Assembly (NCBI GenBank): GCA_049322915.1
Contig: JBMOPW010000007.1
Coordinates: 244,246 to 308,245 of the forward strand
Direction: 5' to 3'
Source of the DNA: Candidatus Zhuqueibacterota bacterium
GTDB lineage: Bacteria; Zhuqueibacterota; Zhuqueibacteria; Thermofontimicrobiales; Thermofontimicrobiaceae
Length of the DNA: 64,000 nucleotides
The notes beneath the pieces were generated by a model, which saw nothing but the letters and a program-made list of their open reading frames with translations, was not told the origin of the DNA and made no database searches. The position numbers and the translations under genes are program-made. The stretch's first letter is position 1. Every line of letters starts with the position of its first letter. Below, piece after piece: positions 23,661 to 35,734 of the stretch.

Positions 23661-25913
23661 ATGAAAATATTGAGGAAAAATGAGATGTTTAACACAAGGA
23701 CGCAACTGGCCCCGGTCGACCCTGAATTGCGCGTCGAATTGAAAACGCGGGCCGACCTCGATCTGGGGCGACGCTCTGTGTATAGCCCGCTCGTTCATCT
23801 TTTGCTCTACGGCATTATTTTGACTACAACGAGCTACCTCTATGATCATAAAGCTGTCATCCTGGGACATGGCGTTTTCATTTTAATTTTTGCCGGCGTG
23901 CGATTTGTGCTGGCAGTATACCGCGAACAGCTCTATCTCAGGAATCCGCAGGTTTGGAAGCGATTATTCTTCATTGGAACCATCGGACTGGCGGCGACCT
24001 GGGGCGGATTTACCGGCCATACAGTTGCAGTCTACGGACTAACCTGGACGTCGCTGCTGGTGCTGTTGGCAACGAGTGGTATTAGTTCCGCGGTAGTGAC
24101 ATCCCTTTCACCGACGCTCAAGCTCCTTCAGGTGTTTTTAGCGTTGATCATTTCACCGACGCTTGTATTCTGTATTTTCAATGGAGGTCAGGAGGAACTC
24201 GGGCTGGCGTTTTTTGCATTGTTTTTCTTGTTGTTCCTGTTAGAGCAGGGAAAGATTCAGCATCACGAATACTGGAACGCGCTTCGAGACAATGCCATGT
24301 TGCGGCTGAAGACCAAAGAATTGGAGAAAGAGAAACAAGTCAGCGAAGCAGCCAATCGGGCGAAGAGTGAATTTCTGGCCAATATGAGCCATGAAATCCG
24401 AACTCCCATGAATGGGGTGATAGGTCTGACGGATTTGCTGCTGGAGACGCGGCTGACCGGTCAGCAGGAGCAGTATTTGAGAATGGTGAAAGCGAGCGCA
24501 GACCAACTGCTGACCATTTTGAATGACATTCTCGATTTTTCGAAAATCGAGGCCGGCAAACTGACGCTGGAATCGATTGAATTTGACCTGCGCCAGGTAC
24601 TTGAAAATGTGATGGATATATTCGTTCCCAAAATCGAGGAGAAAGGGCTGGAGCTCAATCTGCTCATCAATAACGATGTGCCGACTGTGCTTGCAGGCGA
24701 TCCGGTTCGACTGACCCAGGTGATCATCAACCTCGTGGGCAATGCGGTGAAGTTTACTGAAAAGGGTGAAATTACAATAAAAGTGGAAATGGAGCATTGC
24801 AAAGATAGCGGCGTGGAATTGTGTTTCGCTGTCTCGGATACAGGGATCGGCATTCCCATCGCGAGGCAGCAGGTTATTTTCGAGAGCTTCACGCAGGCCG
24901 ATTCCACAATGTCGCGACGATATGGCGGGACTGGTCTGGGACTGTCCATCAGTAAGCATCTGGTTAAATTGATGAAGGGCGATATCTGGCTGGACAGCAC
25001 CGTGGGGAAAGGCAGTCAGTTCTATTTCACTGCCAAATTTCAGTACATGAAAACAGACTTGAAATTGGTGAAGGAGTTGCCGGATGATTTGAAAGGGCTG
25101 CATGTGCTGGTGGTGGATGATAACCAGACCAATCGAATCATCCTGCAGGAAATGCTGAAATCATTTGATCTCATTCCGATCCCTGTGGAGGACGGGAATG
25201 ACGCCCTGGACAAATTGACTACACATCAGGCCTTCAAGTTGATCATCACTGATTATCAGATGCCGGGGATGAACGGCGTGGAACTCATTGATCGCATTCG
25301 GCAGATGGAGAATCACGCTCAAACGCCGATTATCCTTCTGAGCTCGGTCAGCGACAATGATGAGGTCAATTCCATCAAGGCTGTAAATAATGTCTCTTCG
25401 CTCGTGAAACCGGTGAAAAAGCGACAGCTTTTCAGAAAGATACTCGTCGCTGTTTCGGAAAAAAACCACAAAGCCAGGCAACCAGCGTCCCGGTTGGAGG
25501 CGACTCATTCGGAAAAGAGGATTCAGGAATTGTCCGCGTTGAGAGGTACAAAAAGTCTGCTGCTGGCAGAAGATAATTACATCAACCAAAGGGTCGCTCT
25601 CGCCTTGTTAGCGAAGACCAGCATCCCGGTGGATGTTGTCCCGGACGGGGAACTTGCGCTGATTTCGCTCAGGCAAAAGAAATATGACCTGGTGTTGATG
25701 GATGTACAGATGCCGAAAATGGATGGCCTGAAGGCGACGGAGAAAATCAGGAATGACCTGAATTTGAAATCGCTGCCCATCATTGCCATGACGGCCAACG
25801 CTATGAAGGGGGACAAGGAAAAGTACCTGGCCTCCGGGATGGATGATTATATTTCCAAACCGATTGATCCTGAAAAATTATACGATCTGCTCCACAAATG
25901 GCTGGTCAATTGA
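23661..25913 (+). CDS. Membrane hybrid histidine kinase (about 6 TM helices, HisKA-HATPase-REC-REC)
   Basis: Hydrophobic N-terminal region, H/N/G boxes, two REC domains; start may be ATG 23685. Confidence 0.93.
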   Translation: MKILRKNEMFNTRTQLAPVDPELRVELKTRADLDLGRRSVYSPLVHLLLYGIILTTTSYLYDHKAVILGHGVFILIFAGVRFVLAVYREQLYLRNPQVWKRLFFIGTIGLAATWGGFTGHTVAVYGLTWTSLLVLLATSGISSAVVTSLSPTLKLLQVFLALIISPTLVFCIFNGGQEELGLAFFALFFLLFLLEQGKIQHHEYWNALRDNAMLRLKTKELEKEKQVSEAANRAKSEFLANMSHEIRTPMNGVIGLTDLLLETRLTGQQEQYLRMVKASADQLLTILNDILDFSKIEAGKLTLESIEFDLRQVLENVMDIFVPKIEEKGLELNLLINNDVPTVLAGDPVRLTQVIINLVGNAVKFTEKGEITIKVEMEHCKDSGVELCFAVSDTGIGIPIARQQVIFESFTQADSTMSRRYGGTGLGLSISKHLVKLMKGDIWLDSTVGKGSQFYFTAKFQYMKTDLKLVKELPDDLKGLHVLVVDDNQTNRIILQEMLKSFDLIPIPVEDGNDALDKLTTHQAFKLIITDYQMPGMNGVELIDRIRQMENHAQTPIILLSSVSDNDEVNSIKAVNNVSSLVKPVKKRQLFRKILVAVSEKNHKARQPASRLEATHSEKRIQELSALRGTKSLLLAEDNYINQRVALALLAKTSIPVDVVPDGELALISLRQKKYDLVLMDVQMPKMDGLKATEKIRNDLNLKSLPIIAMTANAMKGDKEKYLASGMDDYISKPIDPEKLYDLLHKWLVN

Positions 25914-26114
25914 GAGGGGGACGCAACAGCGCGAAATGAGGGGTGAATTCTTTCCTCCGCCAGATGATTTCTGGCGCAACAGGATGTAATTGTAGGGTTA
26001 ATCAACCAATGAAATCGTTAACCGAATGATCCAGTCATGGAGAATAGAGACGGGTCCCCGGGAATGTTCGCATGTGCTTTTCAAATAGAATAAGCAGGGG
26101 TATCGAGGTAAAAC

Positions 26115-29100
26115 ATGTCAGATAAAACAGAAGTCGCAGTCGCAAAATTGGACGCAGGAAGTCTCGCCTTGTTTGACGGCTCTCCCACTGCATCGGTACT
26201 TTTTCGGATTATTGAAGCAGAAAATCAGAAATTGGATTTTGAGTGTCTGGACGCCAATACTGCGTTCATCCGGATGATTGGCAGGGATAAGGCGCAGATC
26301 ATTGGGCGAAAACCGGACGAGCTGTTTATAGAGAGCGCGAGGGAAAATTTGTCCCTCAATTTCGGACAGGCAAAGCGCACGGCCGCGCCGGTCAATTTTG
26401 AACAATACTGTCCCCCGGTGAAAACCTGGTTCGAGATAACAGCCAGCATGGTAGATGAAACGATGCTGTTGGCTCTGTTCGTGGATATCACCCGTCGAAA
26501 GCAGGTCGAGATGAAAGAACAGCATCTGAAAACAATTCTGAAATCCATTCGCGCGGTCAATCTGCTGGTCAATCGGGAGACAGACAGGGTGAAACTCCTG
26601 ACCGCAATTTGCGAGACGCTTGTGGCATCGCGGGGATATTCCAGCGCATGGATCGTTCTGATTCGGAACGGACAGGATTTTGTGTCTCTGTGCCAGGCCG
26701 GTCTAGGCGCAATGGCGGCAGGGCTCGAAAAGCGTTTCACTCAGCGGAATTTTCCGGAATGCACGCGGCGGGTTCTGGAGAAATCGGGGGTTCTTCGTAT
26801 TCAAGATACGCGCGATGCCTGCGGGGACTGCCCATTAATTGAAATGTATGAAAATCGCGGCGCGATGGTGGCGCGATTGGGGCACGAACAGGAAATCTTC
26901 GGTGTATTCTCTGTTTCTATTAAAGATGAACTGCTCAATGATCCCGAGGAAGTTGTGCTGTTCGAAGAAATTGCCCAGGACATCGGATATGCTTTGTACA
27001 ATTTACAGTTACGGGAGGGTCAAAAAGAAATTGAGCGATCCTTGGCAGAGAGCGAATTGAAATTCAGGATGATTACGACATCGGCCAAGGATGCGATCAT
27101 CATGATGGATAATGAAGGACGGATCACATACTGGAACGATGCGGCGCAGCGCGTTTTCGGCTATTCGCGGGAAAGTGTGCTGGGTAAAAATCTTCATGAG
27201 ACGATTGCGCCGGAGCGATTCCGTGCTGCCCATTCCACTATGTTCGAGATTTTCAAAACGACGGGCGCCGGCGGAGCTGTTGGAAAGACTGTAGAATTGT
27301 CCGCGCTGAGAGCCGATGGGGGTGAATTTCCCATCGAACTTTCACTATCCTCGGTTCAGATTCAGGGACAGTGGTGCGCCATTGGAATACTGAGGGATAT
27401 AACCGACAGAAAGAGGACGGAGCAGGAAATTATTCAGGAAAAAGAACGCGCTCAGCAGCTTTATCGGGTTGTGCCCGACGCTATTTTCACCGTTGATACC
27501 AATAAAATCATCACCAGCGTCAACGATAAAACGACGCAAATTCTCGGCTATGATAAATCTGAATTGATCGGCCAGCCGTGCACATTGTTCGCCATAAAGC
27601 CGTGCAATACCAAATGTGGTTTATTTGCCGATGACGTCGTCAAACCCAAGTTCAACAATGAGTGCGTCATTTTAACCCGAGATGGTCGCGAACGGATCGT
27701 CTCCAAGAATATCGATTATCTCAAGGACATGAATGGGGCGATAATCGGCGGTGTTGAAAGCTTCGAGGATATTACGGAACGCAAACAGCAGGAGGCGCTG
27801 ATCCGAATGCAGCGCGATCTGGCAGTGGGATTGAATTCAATCGATTGCATGAACGATGCTTTGAATGGACTCCTCCGCCACATCACCACGATTGAAGGAA
27901 TCGACGGCGCCGGTGTGTACATATTTAATAAGTCCTCCAATGAGTTTCGCATGGTTGCATCGAAAAATCTGCCTGCTGAATTATTGAAACGTACCGCCGT
28001 ACTGGATGCCCGGTCAACGCAGTACCAGATGATCATGAAACGCGAATCGTTGTATTTGTCCTATAACCGGGACCATCCGGCAATCGATGTGACGACGGAT
28101 AAATCCCGTTTGTCAATGGGGATCAAGAGCGGGGGGGTGCTTCCAATCATTTCCAATGATGAAGTGATTGCCGCGTTGAATGTGGCGTCGTACGAGATGA
28201 GCGAAATACCCGTGCATATTCGATCCACGATTGAAACCATTTCGGTGTATTTCGGGAGCGTTATCACCCGGATTCAGGCGATCAGCGATCTGAGGACCAG
28301 CCAGCAGGACTACAAACTGCTGATCGAAAATCTGCGCGATGTTGTGATTCGGGTGTCCGCGACAGGGATTCTGCAATATTGCAGTCCGGCAGTCAGAGAA
28401 TTCGGCGGCTACGATGCCGATGAGGAGATCGGCAGTCATGTTTCCAAATACTTTGCTAAAAAGAGCGAATTGCTGAAAGCATTGAAGCTGCTGAAAAAAA
28501 CATTTGTAGACAAGCAACCGGCATCGATGGAATTCTTCTACAAAACAAAAGATCAGATTGTTTTCCCAGTCGAAATCACGGGGCGGCCGTTACTTAAGGA
28601 CGGCAAGGTGCTGACGCTGCAATGCGTGATGCGGGATATTTCAGCCAGGAAAAAAGCGGAGAAGGAGATACAGAAATTCAAAACCATCATCGATGAGGCG
28701 AATTACGGCGCCCTCATCACGGATATGGATGGGAATATGATCTACGTGAATGAGGCCTTCGCTCAGATGCATGGTTACAAGACCGATGAAATTTTAACCA
28801 GGAACGAAGAAATTTTCCATTCGCCGGAACAGCTCGCCGGGCTCTCGGAACCGTACATCGGATTGATTCAAACAGGGAATTTGAAGGCCAAAGAGATGTG
28901 GCGCTTGCGCAAGGACGGCACAGTGTTTCCGACATTGACCAATTCCTCGGTCATCAGGGACGAACATGATCGACCGATGTTCATTTCATCCACTCTGATT
29001 GATATCACCAGCCGAAAGCAGTACGAAGAGGAATTGCGACAGGCGAAAATCGCGGCTGAATCGGCCAACATGGCCAAGTCCAAATTCCTGGCCAATATGA

Positions 29101-30632
29101 GCCACGAAATTCGGACGCCCATGAATGGCGTGCTGGGCATGGCGGATTTGATGATGGACACGGAGATCACGCCGCAGCAGCGACAATACATGAAAATCCT
29201 GAAGAACAGCGCAGTCCAACTGTTGCAATTATTGAATGATATTCTTGACTTTTCGAAAATCGAAGCTGGCCAGTTGAATCTGGAATCGATTGAATTCAAC
29301 CTGCATTCGGTTGTGGAGGGCATTTCGGACATCGTCATCCAGCAGGTGGAGCGGAAAAAGCTGGAATTGAATCTGCTGGTTGACGCCCAGGTTCCCAGAT
29401 TCGTCATAGGCGATCCTATGCGGTTGCGCCAGATTTTAGTGAACCTGATCAGCAATGCCATCAAGTTCACAGAACAGGGCGAGATATTCATCAAGGTCGA
29501 ATTGAAGGAACGGATCGGAAATGAGTTGTTCCTCTATTTTTCCGTGAAGGATACCGGCCTCGGGATCGCCAAAGACAGGCAGAAAGAAATATTTGAAAGC
29601 TTCACTCAGGCCGATAGTTCGACCACGAGGAAATTCGGAGGCACCGGTCTGGGGCTGAGCATTTCCCGCCAGTTGGTGGAAATGATGAAAGGCCAAATCT
29701 GGGTGGAGAGCGCGCCGGGCAATGGCAGCAATTTTCAGTTCACAATTTGGCTGACCATCAGCGACCGTGCGAAAGAGAACAGGGTCAGCGCGCCGGCAGA
29801 AATTGCCGGCCGGAAGGTTCTGGCTGTGGACGACAACGGCACCAATCGGCTGATTCTGCGCGAGTCATTAAAATCGTTCCGCTGCAATGCCATCGTTGTC
29901 GAAAGCGCTAAAAAGGCGCTGGAGATTCTGCGCAGTGAGGACGGCATCGAATTGGTGATCACCGATTTTCAGATGCCTGAAATGGATGGAGCGACGCTGA
30001 TCAAAACCATTCGCAACTCAGAGAATTTAAAAATGATACCCATCATTCTCCTGTCTTCGGTCGAAGGGAACAGACGTATCCGCGAGGCGGCGCTCCTGTC
30101 AGGCGTCTGGACGCTGACCAAGCCCATTAAGCAGAGCCAACTGCTGCATGTGATTCTCACGGCGTTTGGATCCATGTCTCAGGAGAAGTCCCCTGAATTC
30201 TCAGGCCGGTTCGGGGAGAACGGGAGGATGAATGAAATTGAAAAGTTGATATCCCTCAACGGGACCGCGCAGATTTTGTTGACTGAAGATAACGCCATCA
30301 ATCAGAAAGTCGCGCTGGCCCTGCTGAAAAAGGCGAAGCTCACAGCCGATTTGGCTGAAGATGGGCAGCAGGCGTTGGAGGCATTGAAGAAGAAACACTA
30401 CGACCTGATCCTGATGGACGTACAGATGCCGAACATGGACGGTCTCTCCGCGAGCAAAATAATTCGGGATGAGTTGCATCTGCACGACGTACCCATTATC
30501 GCCATGACCGCGCATGCCATGAAAGGCGACAAGGAAAGATGTCTCGATGCCGGCATGAACGATTATATTTCAAAACCGATTGAACCGGAAGAGTTGTATA
30601 AAACATTGAATACCTGGCTTCAAAAAAAGTAG
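26115..30632 (+). CDS. Cytoplasmic multi-PAS/GAF hybrid histidine kinase
   Basis: Repeated PAC endings (DITRRK, DITDRK, DITERK, DISARK, DITSRK), two GAF-like segments, HisKA-HATPase-REC-REC. Confidence 0.93.
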   Translation: MSDKTEVAVAKLDAGSLALFDGSPTASVLFRIIEAENQKLDFECLDANTAFIRMIGRDKAQIIGRKPDELFIESARENLSLNFGQAKRTAAPVNFEQYCPPVKTWFEITASMVDETMLLALFVDITRRKQVEMKEQHLKTILKSIRAVNLLVNRETDRVKLLTAICETLVASRGYSSAWIVLIRNGQDFVSLCQAGLGAMAAGLEKRFTQRNFPECTRRVLEKSGVLRIQDTRDACGDCPLIEMYENRGAMVARLGHEQEIFGVFSVSIKDELLNDPEEVVLFEEIAQDIGYALYNLQLREGQKEIERSLAESELKFRMITTSAKDAIIMMDNEGRITYWNDAAQRVFGYSRESVLGKNLHETIAPERFRAAHSTMFEIFKTTGAGGAVGKTVELSALRADGGEFPIELSLSSVQIQGQWCAIGILRDITDRKRTEQEIIQEKERAQQLYRVVPDAIFTVDTNKIITSVNDKTTQILGYDKSELIGQPCTLFAIKPCNTKCGLFADDVVKPKFNNECVILTRDGRERIVSKNIDYLKDMNGAIIGGVESFEDITERKQQEALIRMQRDLAVGLNSIDCMNDALNGLLRHITTIEGIDGAGVYIFNKSSNEFRMVASKNLPAELLKRTAVLDARSTQYQMIMKRESLYLSYNRDHPAIDVTTDKSRLSMGIKSGGVLPIISNDEVIAALNVASYEMSEIPVHIRSTIETISVYFGSVITRIQAISDLRTSQQDYKLLIENLRDVVIRVSATGILQYCSPAVREFGGYDADEEIGSHVSKYFAKKSELLKALKLLKKTFVDKQPASMEFFYKTKDQIVFPVEITGRPLLKDGKVLTLQCVMRDISARKKAEKEIQKFKTIIDEANYGALITDMDGNMIYVNEAFAQMHGYKTDEILTRNEEIFHSPEQLAGLSEPYIGLIQTGNLKAKEMWRLRKDGTVFPTLTNSSVIRDEHDRPMFISSTLIDITSRKQYEEELRQAKIAAESANMAKSKFLANMSHEIRTPMNGVLGMADLMMDTEITPQQRQYMKILKNSAVQLLQLLNDILDFSKIEAGQLNLESIEFNLHSVVEGISDIVIQQVERKKLELNLLVDAQVPRFVIGDPMRLRQILVNLISNAIKFTEQGEIFIKVELKERIGNELFLYFSVKDTGLGIAKDRQKEIFESFTQADSSTTRKFGGTGLGLSISRQLVEMMKGQIWVESAPGNGSNFQFTIWLTISDRAKENRVSAPAEIAGRKVLAVDDNGTNRLILRESLKSFRCNAIVVESAKKALEILRSEDGIELVITDFQMPEMDGATLIKTIRNSENLKMIPIILLSSVEGNRRIREAALLSGVWTLTKPIKQSQLLHVILTAFGSMSQEKSPEFSGRFGENGRMNEIEKLISLNGTAQILLTEDNAINQKVALALLKKAKLTADLAEDGQQALEALKKKHYDLILMDVQMPNMDGLSASKIIRDELHLHDVPIIAMTAHAMKGDKERCLDAGMNDYISKPIEPEELYKTLNTWLQKK

Positions 30633-30655
30633 CTGCAATCTGCCGAGGTCATGCT

Positions 30656-33600
30656 ATGAAACATTGGAAAATCTACCTGATGCTGCTCATCAGTTGCATC
30701 CTGAATCCATGGGGGGCTGCTCTGGCTCAGGAGTTGTCTTTCGAACTGTATAATGTGAACGACGGATTGGCCAATTCTGAGGTCACGGCAATTTTTCAGG
30801 ATGCCAAAGGCTATCTCTGGTTCGGGACCAACGGCGGGATAAGCTGTTTTGATGGTGTGTCGTTTAAAACCCTGTCCATTCGGGATGGCCTGGTTTACAA
30901 CGCCGTCCTGGATATTACGGAGGATAACCAGGGAAATCTCTGGATCGCCACCCGGGATGGCATCAGCAAGCTGACCTACGCCAATGACGAGCGCTTCTCA
31001 TTTCAGAATTTCACCCGGGCCGATGGCTTTCCCGAATCGACCTTTATCAATGAAATTCTGATTGACAAACGTGGCCATATTTTTTGTACGGCCGGAAACC
31101 TGTTGGCCTATTTCGCAGATGATAATTTTCACATCCTGGATGAACTGCCCGCGCTTCAACATGCCGTGGTCATCAGCCTGTTCATCGACAAAGATAACTA
31201 TCTCTGGGTTGGTACAAAAACGGGTGTGCTGCAAATGGAAATTCTGGAAGAGCCTCTCCGGGCGCGGGTGATTCGGGAATTCACGGAAGAAAATCTGCCG
31301 GTTGGGGAGGGCATCCTCGCCATTACGCAGGATTCGGCCGGCCATTTCTGGTTCAGCGTCCGGGGTGTTGGCGTTACGAAATACGATGGCGCTTCGTTCC
31401 AAACGTTCACTGGCAGAGACGGTCTCGGCAGCAATCGCGTGTCCGGATTTGTCGCGGATAAAAAGAATCGCGTGTGGATGAAGTCGCTCGAAGGAGTTAT
31501 TTTATTCGATGGCGAACGATTCACCAACTACCGCAAAGAGAATGGATTGCCGCACAATTTTTTGACAGCCATTTTTCTGGATCGGGAGCAAAATCTATGG
31601 ATCGGGACCTACGGCAAAGGCGCCGCCAGGCTCAAGTCCGAGTATTTTATCAATTATTCAAAAATCAGCGGCATGAAGGAGACGTCCGTCTTTTCGATTC
31701 TGGAAACGGCCAATGGCGAAATCTGGGCCGGAACCAGCGGTGGTGGAATCTATGCCATCAGGAACGGTCAACTCACCTGTCCCGAAGCGCTCAAGCCCCT
31801 GGCTCACGAATACATCTACACCATGGTGGGTGATAAAAATGGCCAGGTCTGGATTGGGACGCGGAACAAAGGCATTTTCATCTGGACGGGGAAGCAATTG
31901 CAGAAAACGCCGCAACGGTGGAACCTGCCGGAATCAGGCATTTTTTCATTGTGCAAAGACGCCAGGGACCGGCTCTGGATCGGCACCGAAGGCAATGGGC
32001 TCTTCTGTTTCGACGGTAAAGGGACTCGCAAAATTGTTGAGATGGACAGTCTGAAATGCCATTATGTAACGGATATCAGTCAGCAACCGGATGGGACGCT
32101 CTGGTTTGCCACCAATGTCGGACTGGTGCGATACGATACGCGGGGTATGCGGCTGTTCACTGAAAAAGATGGCCTGCCTGATCACTATATTTTCAGCGTT
32201 CGTCCCGATTCCGCCGGCCAGGTGTGGATTGCCACCCGAAAAGGATTCAGCATTTACAGCGAAAGCCAGGGCATCCGTAACTTCGATTATTCCAACGGTC
32301 TGTCCGATGACAACGTGTATTTCCTTCAGCACGATGGCAGGGGCAATTCATGGATAGGCACTGGCAAAGGAATTGATGTGTTCAGGGATGAAAAAATTGC
32401 CAGTTTTACTATGGATCATGGACTGGTTGAAAACGAGACAAATGGCCGCGCCAGCCTGTTGGATTCCAAAGGCCGGCTGTGGTTCGGAACCGTGGAAGGC
32501 CTTTCCTGTTATATCGCAGAGCATTATTTCCCGGTCCAGACGCAGCCTTTCGTTCATCTCGAAAAAGTGTGGATAGGCGACAGCCTGTTCGCCGGGGAAT
32601 CGGCAGAAAATTTGCGCCACACATCCAATGAACTCACGTTTCAATTTAAAGGATTGTTTTTCAATAAAACTGCGAAAGTAAAATACACGTATCGACTGCT
32701 GGGATTTCAGAGTGAGTGGTCCGAATTAACCTCGTATTCACGGACGCATTACACAAATCTATACCCCGGCAGCTACCGCTTCGAAGTGAAAGCCGTGACC
32801 AGTACCGGCCTGGAGAGCGCCATGCCGGCTGCTTTTAATTTTGATATTTTGCAGCCATTCTGGAAGAAAATCTGGTTTGTGTTATTGATGATTTTTCTTG
32901 GCGGTGTGTTACTTCACTTTTTATACCAATTGCGAGTGATCCAGATGAAGAAAAATCAGGAGCGACTTGAGTCAGAAGTGGCCAGGCGAACCGCCGAACT
33001 GGAAAATCAAAAGTCGCATCTGGAAATGACGCTGAATGAACTTCATCAAACCAAAGACAATCTGGAATCGGCCAATGAGAAATTGAAACAAGCGAACAAG
33101 TTCAAGAGCGAATTTCTGGCGAACATGAGCCACGAGATACGCACTCCTATGAACGGGGTGATTGGATTGACCGAGATTTTGATGGATACACCGCTCACGG
33201 ATCAGCAGCATCAATTTTTAGAAATGGTGAAGAGCAGCTCGGCGCAGCTTCTGACACTTCTCAATGACATCCTGGATTTATCGAAGATCGAAGCCGGCCA
33301 GGTGTTCCTCGAAAAAATCGAGTTCAGCTTGCGGCCAACCGTCGAAAATATTTCGGATGTGGTCATCAAACGGCTCGAAGATAAAAATATCGAGATGAAT
33401 GTGTTCATCCACAGCGATGTGCCAAATTACCTCATCGGCGATCCGGCGCGATTGAAACAGGTGCTGGTGAATCTAGTTGGGAATGCCATTAAATTCACGG
33501 AGAGCGGTGAGATCACGATTCAGGTGGCCCTGGAACTATTTCAGAAAGATGCCGCGATACTGCATTTTTCAGTGAAGGATTCGGGCATTGGAATTCCACC

Positions 33601-34660
33601 GGAGCGCCAGACCATGATTTTTGAGGCGTTCACCCAGGCAGACGCCTCGACGTCACGAAAATTTGGCGGCACCGGATTGGGTTTGACCATTTCGCGACAG
33701 TTGGTGAAAATGATGGGCGGTGACATCTGGCTGGATAGCGTGCCCGGGAAGGGAAGCACGTTTCATTTCACCGCGCAATTTTCAGTCCAGGTCGGCAACA
33801 TCGCCAGAGAAGAAGTGCTGCCCACGGACTTGCGTGGCCTGAAAGTCCTGGCCGTGGATGACAACGCCATGAACCGGGTTATCCTGGAAGAAATGCTCAC
33901 GTCATTCAAAGGTCTGCCCCGCATCGCGGAGAGTGGTCGCCAGGCGTTGAGTCTGCTGGATGAAATCGATGATTTTGAGCTGATCATTTCAGATTATTTC
34001 ATGCCTGAAATGGATGGCAGTGATCTGGTGAAAGAAATCCGCAGCCGGGAATCCTATCGACGAACACCGATCATCATGCTGACCTCTGTTGGAAAAAATC
34101 GCTGCCTCAAAGACCTCGAGAAGCTGGGAAATAGCTGGACAATCACCAAGCCGGTGAAAAAAAGTCAGTTGTTCGACGCAATGATGACAGCGCTTGGCGC
34201 GATGTTTCAGACAAAGACCATGAAACTGGAACGAACGAAACCGGAGAGCCTCAGCGAGAAGGTATTGAAGGTCGATAAAAAAGGCCGGATTTTACTGGCC
34301 GAGGATAACCTGGTCAATCAGCAGGTGACGCTGGAGTTTTTGAATCGCGTCGGCATGGTTACAGATATTGCTGAAAATGGAGAAAAGGCCATTGATGCGC
34401 TGAAGCGCCAGGCGTACGATCTGGTTTTGATGGATGTGCAAATGCCTGTGATGGATGGCTTCACCGCCACGCAGAAGATACGCGCGGAACTGGGCATGAC
34501 GCATATTCCCATCATTGCGTTGACAGCGCATGCGATGAAAGGCGACAAAGAGAAATGCTTCGACGCCGGGATGAATGACTATCTTGCCAAACCCATTGAG
34601 CCGAACGAACTGTATCGCGTGCTGCAAAAGTGGCTTGAAAGCAATGCGAATACCAATTAA
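30656..34660 (+). CDS. Hybrid histidine kinase with periplasmic beta-propeller (Reg_prop) and Y_Y_Y sensor
   Basis: Signal peptide; many D-x-x-G-x-LW-x-GT repeats; YTYRL/YTNL-PGSY; TM; HisKA-HATPase-REC-REC. Confidence 0.93.
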   Translation: MKHWKIYLMLLISCILNPWGAALAQELSFELYNVNDGLANSEVTAIFQDAKGYLWFGTNGGISCFDGVSFKTLSIRDGLVYNAVLDITEDNQGNLWIATRDGISKLTYANDERFSFQNFTRADGFPESTFINEILIDKRGHIFCTAGNLLAYFADDNFHILDELPALQHAVVISLFIDKDNYLWVGTKTGVLQMEILEEPLRARVIREFTEENLPVGEGILAITQDSAGHFWFSVRGVGVTKYDGASFQTFTGRDGLGSNRVSGFVADKKNRVWMKSLEGVILFDGERFTNYRKENGLPHNFLTAIFLDREQNLWIGTYGKGAARLKSEYFINYSKISGMKETSVFSILETANGEIWAGTSGGGIYAIRNGQLTCPEALKPLAHEYIYTMVGDKNGQVWIGTRNKGIFIWTGKQLQKTPQRWNLPESGIFSLCKDARDRLWIGTEGNGLFCFDGKGTRKIVEMDSLKCHYVTDISQQPDGTLWFATNVGLVRYDTRGMRLFTEKDGLPDHYIFSVRPDSAGQVWIATRKGFSIYSESQGIRNFDYSNGLSDDNVYFLQHDGRGNSWIGTGKGIDVFRDEKIASFTMDHGLVENETNGRASLLDSKGRLWFGTVEGLSCYIAEHYFPVQTQPFVHLEKVWIGDSLFAGESAENLRHTSNELTFQFKGLFFNKTAKVKYTYRLLGFQSEWSELTSYSRTHYTNLYPGSYRFEVKAVTSTGLESAMPAAFNFDILQPFWKKIWFVLLMIFLGGVLLHFLYQLRVIQMKKNQERLESEVARRTAELENQKSHLEMTLNELHQTKDNLESANEKLKQANKFKSEFLANMSHEIRTPMNGVIGLTEILMDTPLTDQQHQFLEMVKSSSAQLLTLLNDILDLSKIEAGQVFLEKIEFSLRPTVENISDVVIKRLEDKNIEMNVFIHSDVPNYLIGDPARLKQVLVNLVGNAIKFTESGEITIQVALELFQKDAAILHFSVKDSGIGIPPERQTMIFEAFTQADASTSRKFGGTGLGLTISRQLVKMMGGDIWLDSVPGKGSTFHFTAQFSVQVGNIAREEVLPTDLRGLKVLAVDDNAMNRVILEEMLTSFKGLPRIAESGRQALSLLDEIDDFELIISDYFMPEMDGSDLVKEIRSRESYRRTPIIMLTSVGKNRCLKDLEKLGNSWTITKPVKKSQLFDAMMTALGAMFQTKTMKLERTKPESLSEKVLKVDKKGRILLAEDNLVNQQVTLEFLNRVGMVTDIAENGEKAIDALKRQAYDLVLMDVQMPVMDGFTATQKIRAELGMTHIPIIALTAHAMKGDKEKCFDAGMNDYLAKPIEPNELYRVLQKWLESNANTN

Positions 34661-34929
34661 CCCTACTACGACACATAGATTTTTTATCGTTCAATTTTGT
34701 ATTTTTGATAGCCTGCATTATTCATAGTATTTTTAGAGGAGGCTGGCTAACCTGAATGGTGCTCTTTTTGGAATAAACGTATAAAAACTGAGTTTCAAAA
34801 TAGCTTAGCCTTTAGCTAATTGAAAATCTCAATGTTGACTCAAATTCTGAGCAAGTTCATGAATAATTCAGGATAGATGAAAAACTCAACATAGTGTGAT
34901 AAATTTACTAAATGACGTTGTAGGGTTAA
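34657..34929. repeat. 16-bp imperfect inverted repeat pair enclosing MITE copy 1
   Basis: TTAACCCTACTACGAC (34657-34672) versus GACGTTGTAGGGTTAA (34914-34929), 14/16 complementary. Confidence 0.6.
34712..34872. mobile_element. 161-bp MITE, copy 1
   Basis: TIRs CCTGCATTATTCAT / ATGAATAATTCAGG (13/14); ATAG direct repeat on both sides; 149/161 identical to the copy at 39728. Confidence 0.88.
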
Positions 34930-35177
34930 GTATTTCTTCGTTTCAGGTGACGGAGCGTCCACCTTTCAAAGTCTGGCGTGAATACCATTTTTTTATCCGC
35001 AAGAAAAGGGTATCCTTTCTTCGAACAGACAGGGGCGCTGTTGCCGGATAATTTCACTCCGGGAGTTACCTTCAAAACACCTTCCTGTAGAAACGCTCTC
35101 CCACCTAACCACTACCTACTCCAATACCCATTGGAAAAGAGCCGTCCGGCGAGATGCTTCCAGGATGCATGATCGCG

Positions 35178-35382
35178 CTGGATATTTATCCAGTGGGGGT
35201 AATAGATTGGAACGTATGTTCCCGAATAAATGAATTTATCGGGATGAATATCCCGAGCGATCGGTTGCTAGTCTTCGTGTCATGCACTTGACTTGACAGT
35301 TACCTTGTATGAGTCCACTTTGAAAAGGGGCGGAAGCCCAAAAATCAAAGGTAAATTTCTGTTCCCCGACTTAAAAGTCGGG
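35178..35382. repeat. Cluster of short REP-like palindromes
   Basis: CTGGATA-tt-TATCCAG, TCGGGAT-gaat-ATCCCGA, CCCGACTT-aa-AAGTCGGG. Confidence 0.5.
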
Positions 35383-35734
35383 GCTATTCAGGGTAGCTGT
35401 TCACAGGTTCCGGGTTCAGCGTTCCCTGTTGGGGTTTTGGATATGGTTGCGTGAAAGTCTTTTTCGCTCAAATAGTCCGTCATCAACTGTACGTTATTAT
35501 AGCCCCGAATAATGTAACTATGAACAGTTACTATTCAGGTTATCAAACTTTCAAATTCAATAGTCATGTCATTTATAACGCGGAAAAAATATTATACCCA
35601 GCGTCTCAAAGCCTTTTAAGGTTTGTCATTATCAACCCGTGTATAAAATTTAATATATTAAAACTAATGATCTTTGGCCGATGTGCGATACAATACATAG
35701 AGTCATCTAGTCAAAATTAAGTTGGACTGTATTG

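Noticed and set aside
35305..35410. Possible c-di-GMP-I riboswitch upstream of pilB (GAAA loop, GCGGAAGC, GGTAGC)
   Set aside because: It lacks the 5' GGCAAAC element and a convincing P2 stem. An Infernal scan with the c-di-GMP-I model would be needed to rescue the call.
34978..35720. Short + strand ORFs (64 and 89 aa) upstream of pilB
   Set aside because: GTG starts without an SD, no motifs, and located in AT-rich or palindromic intergenic DNA.
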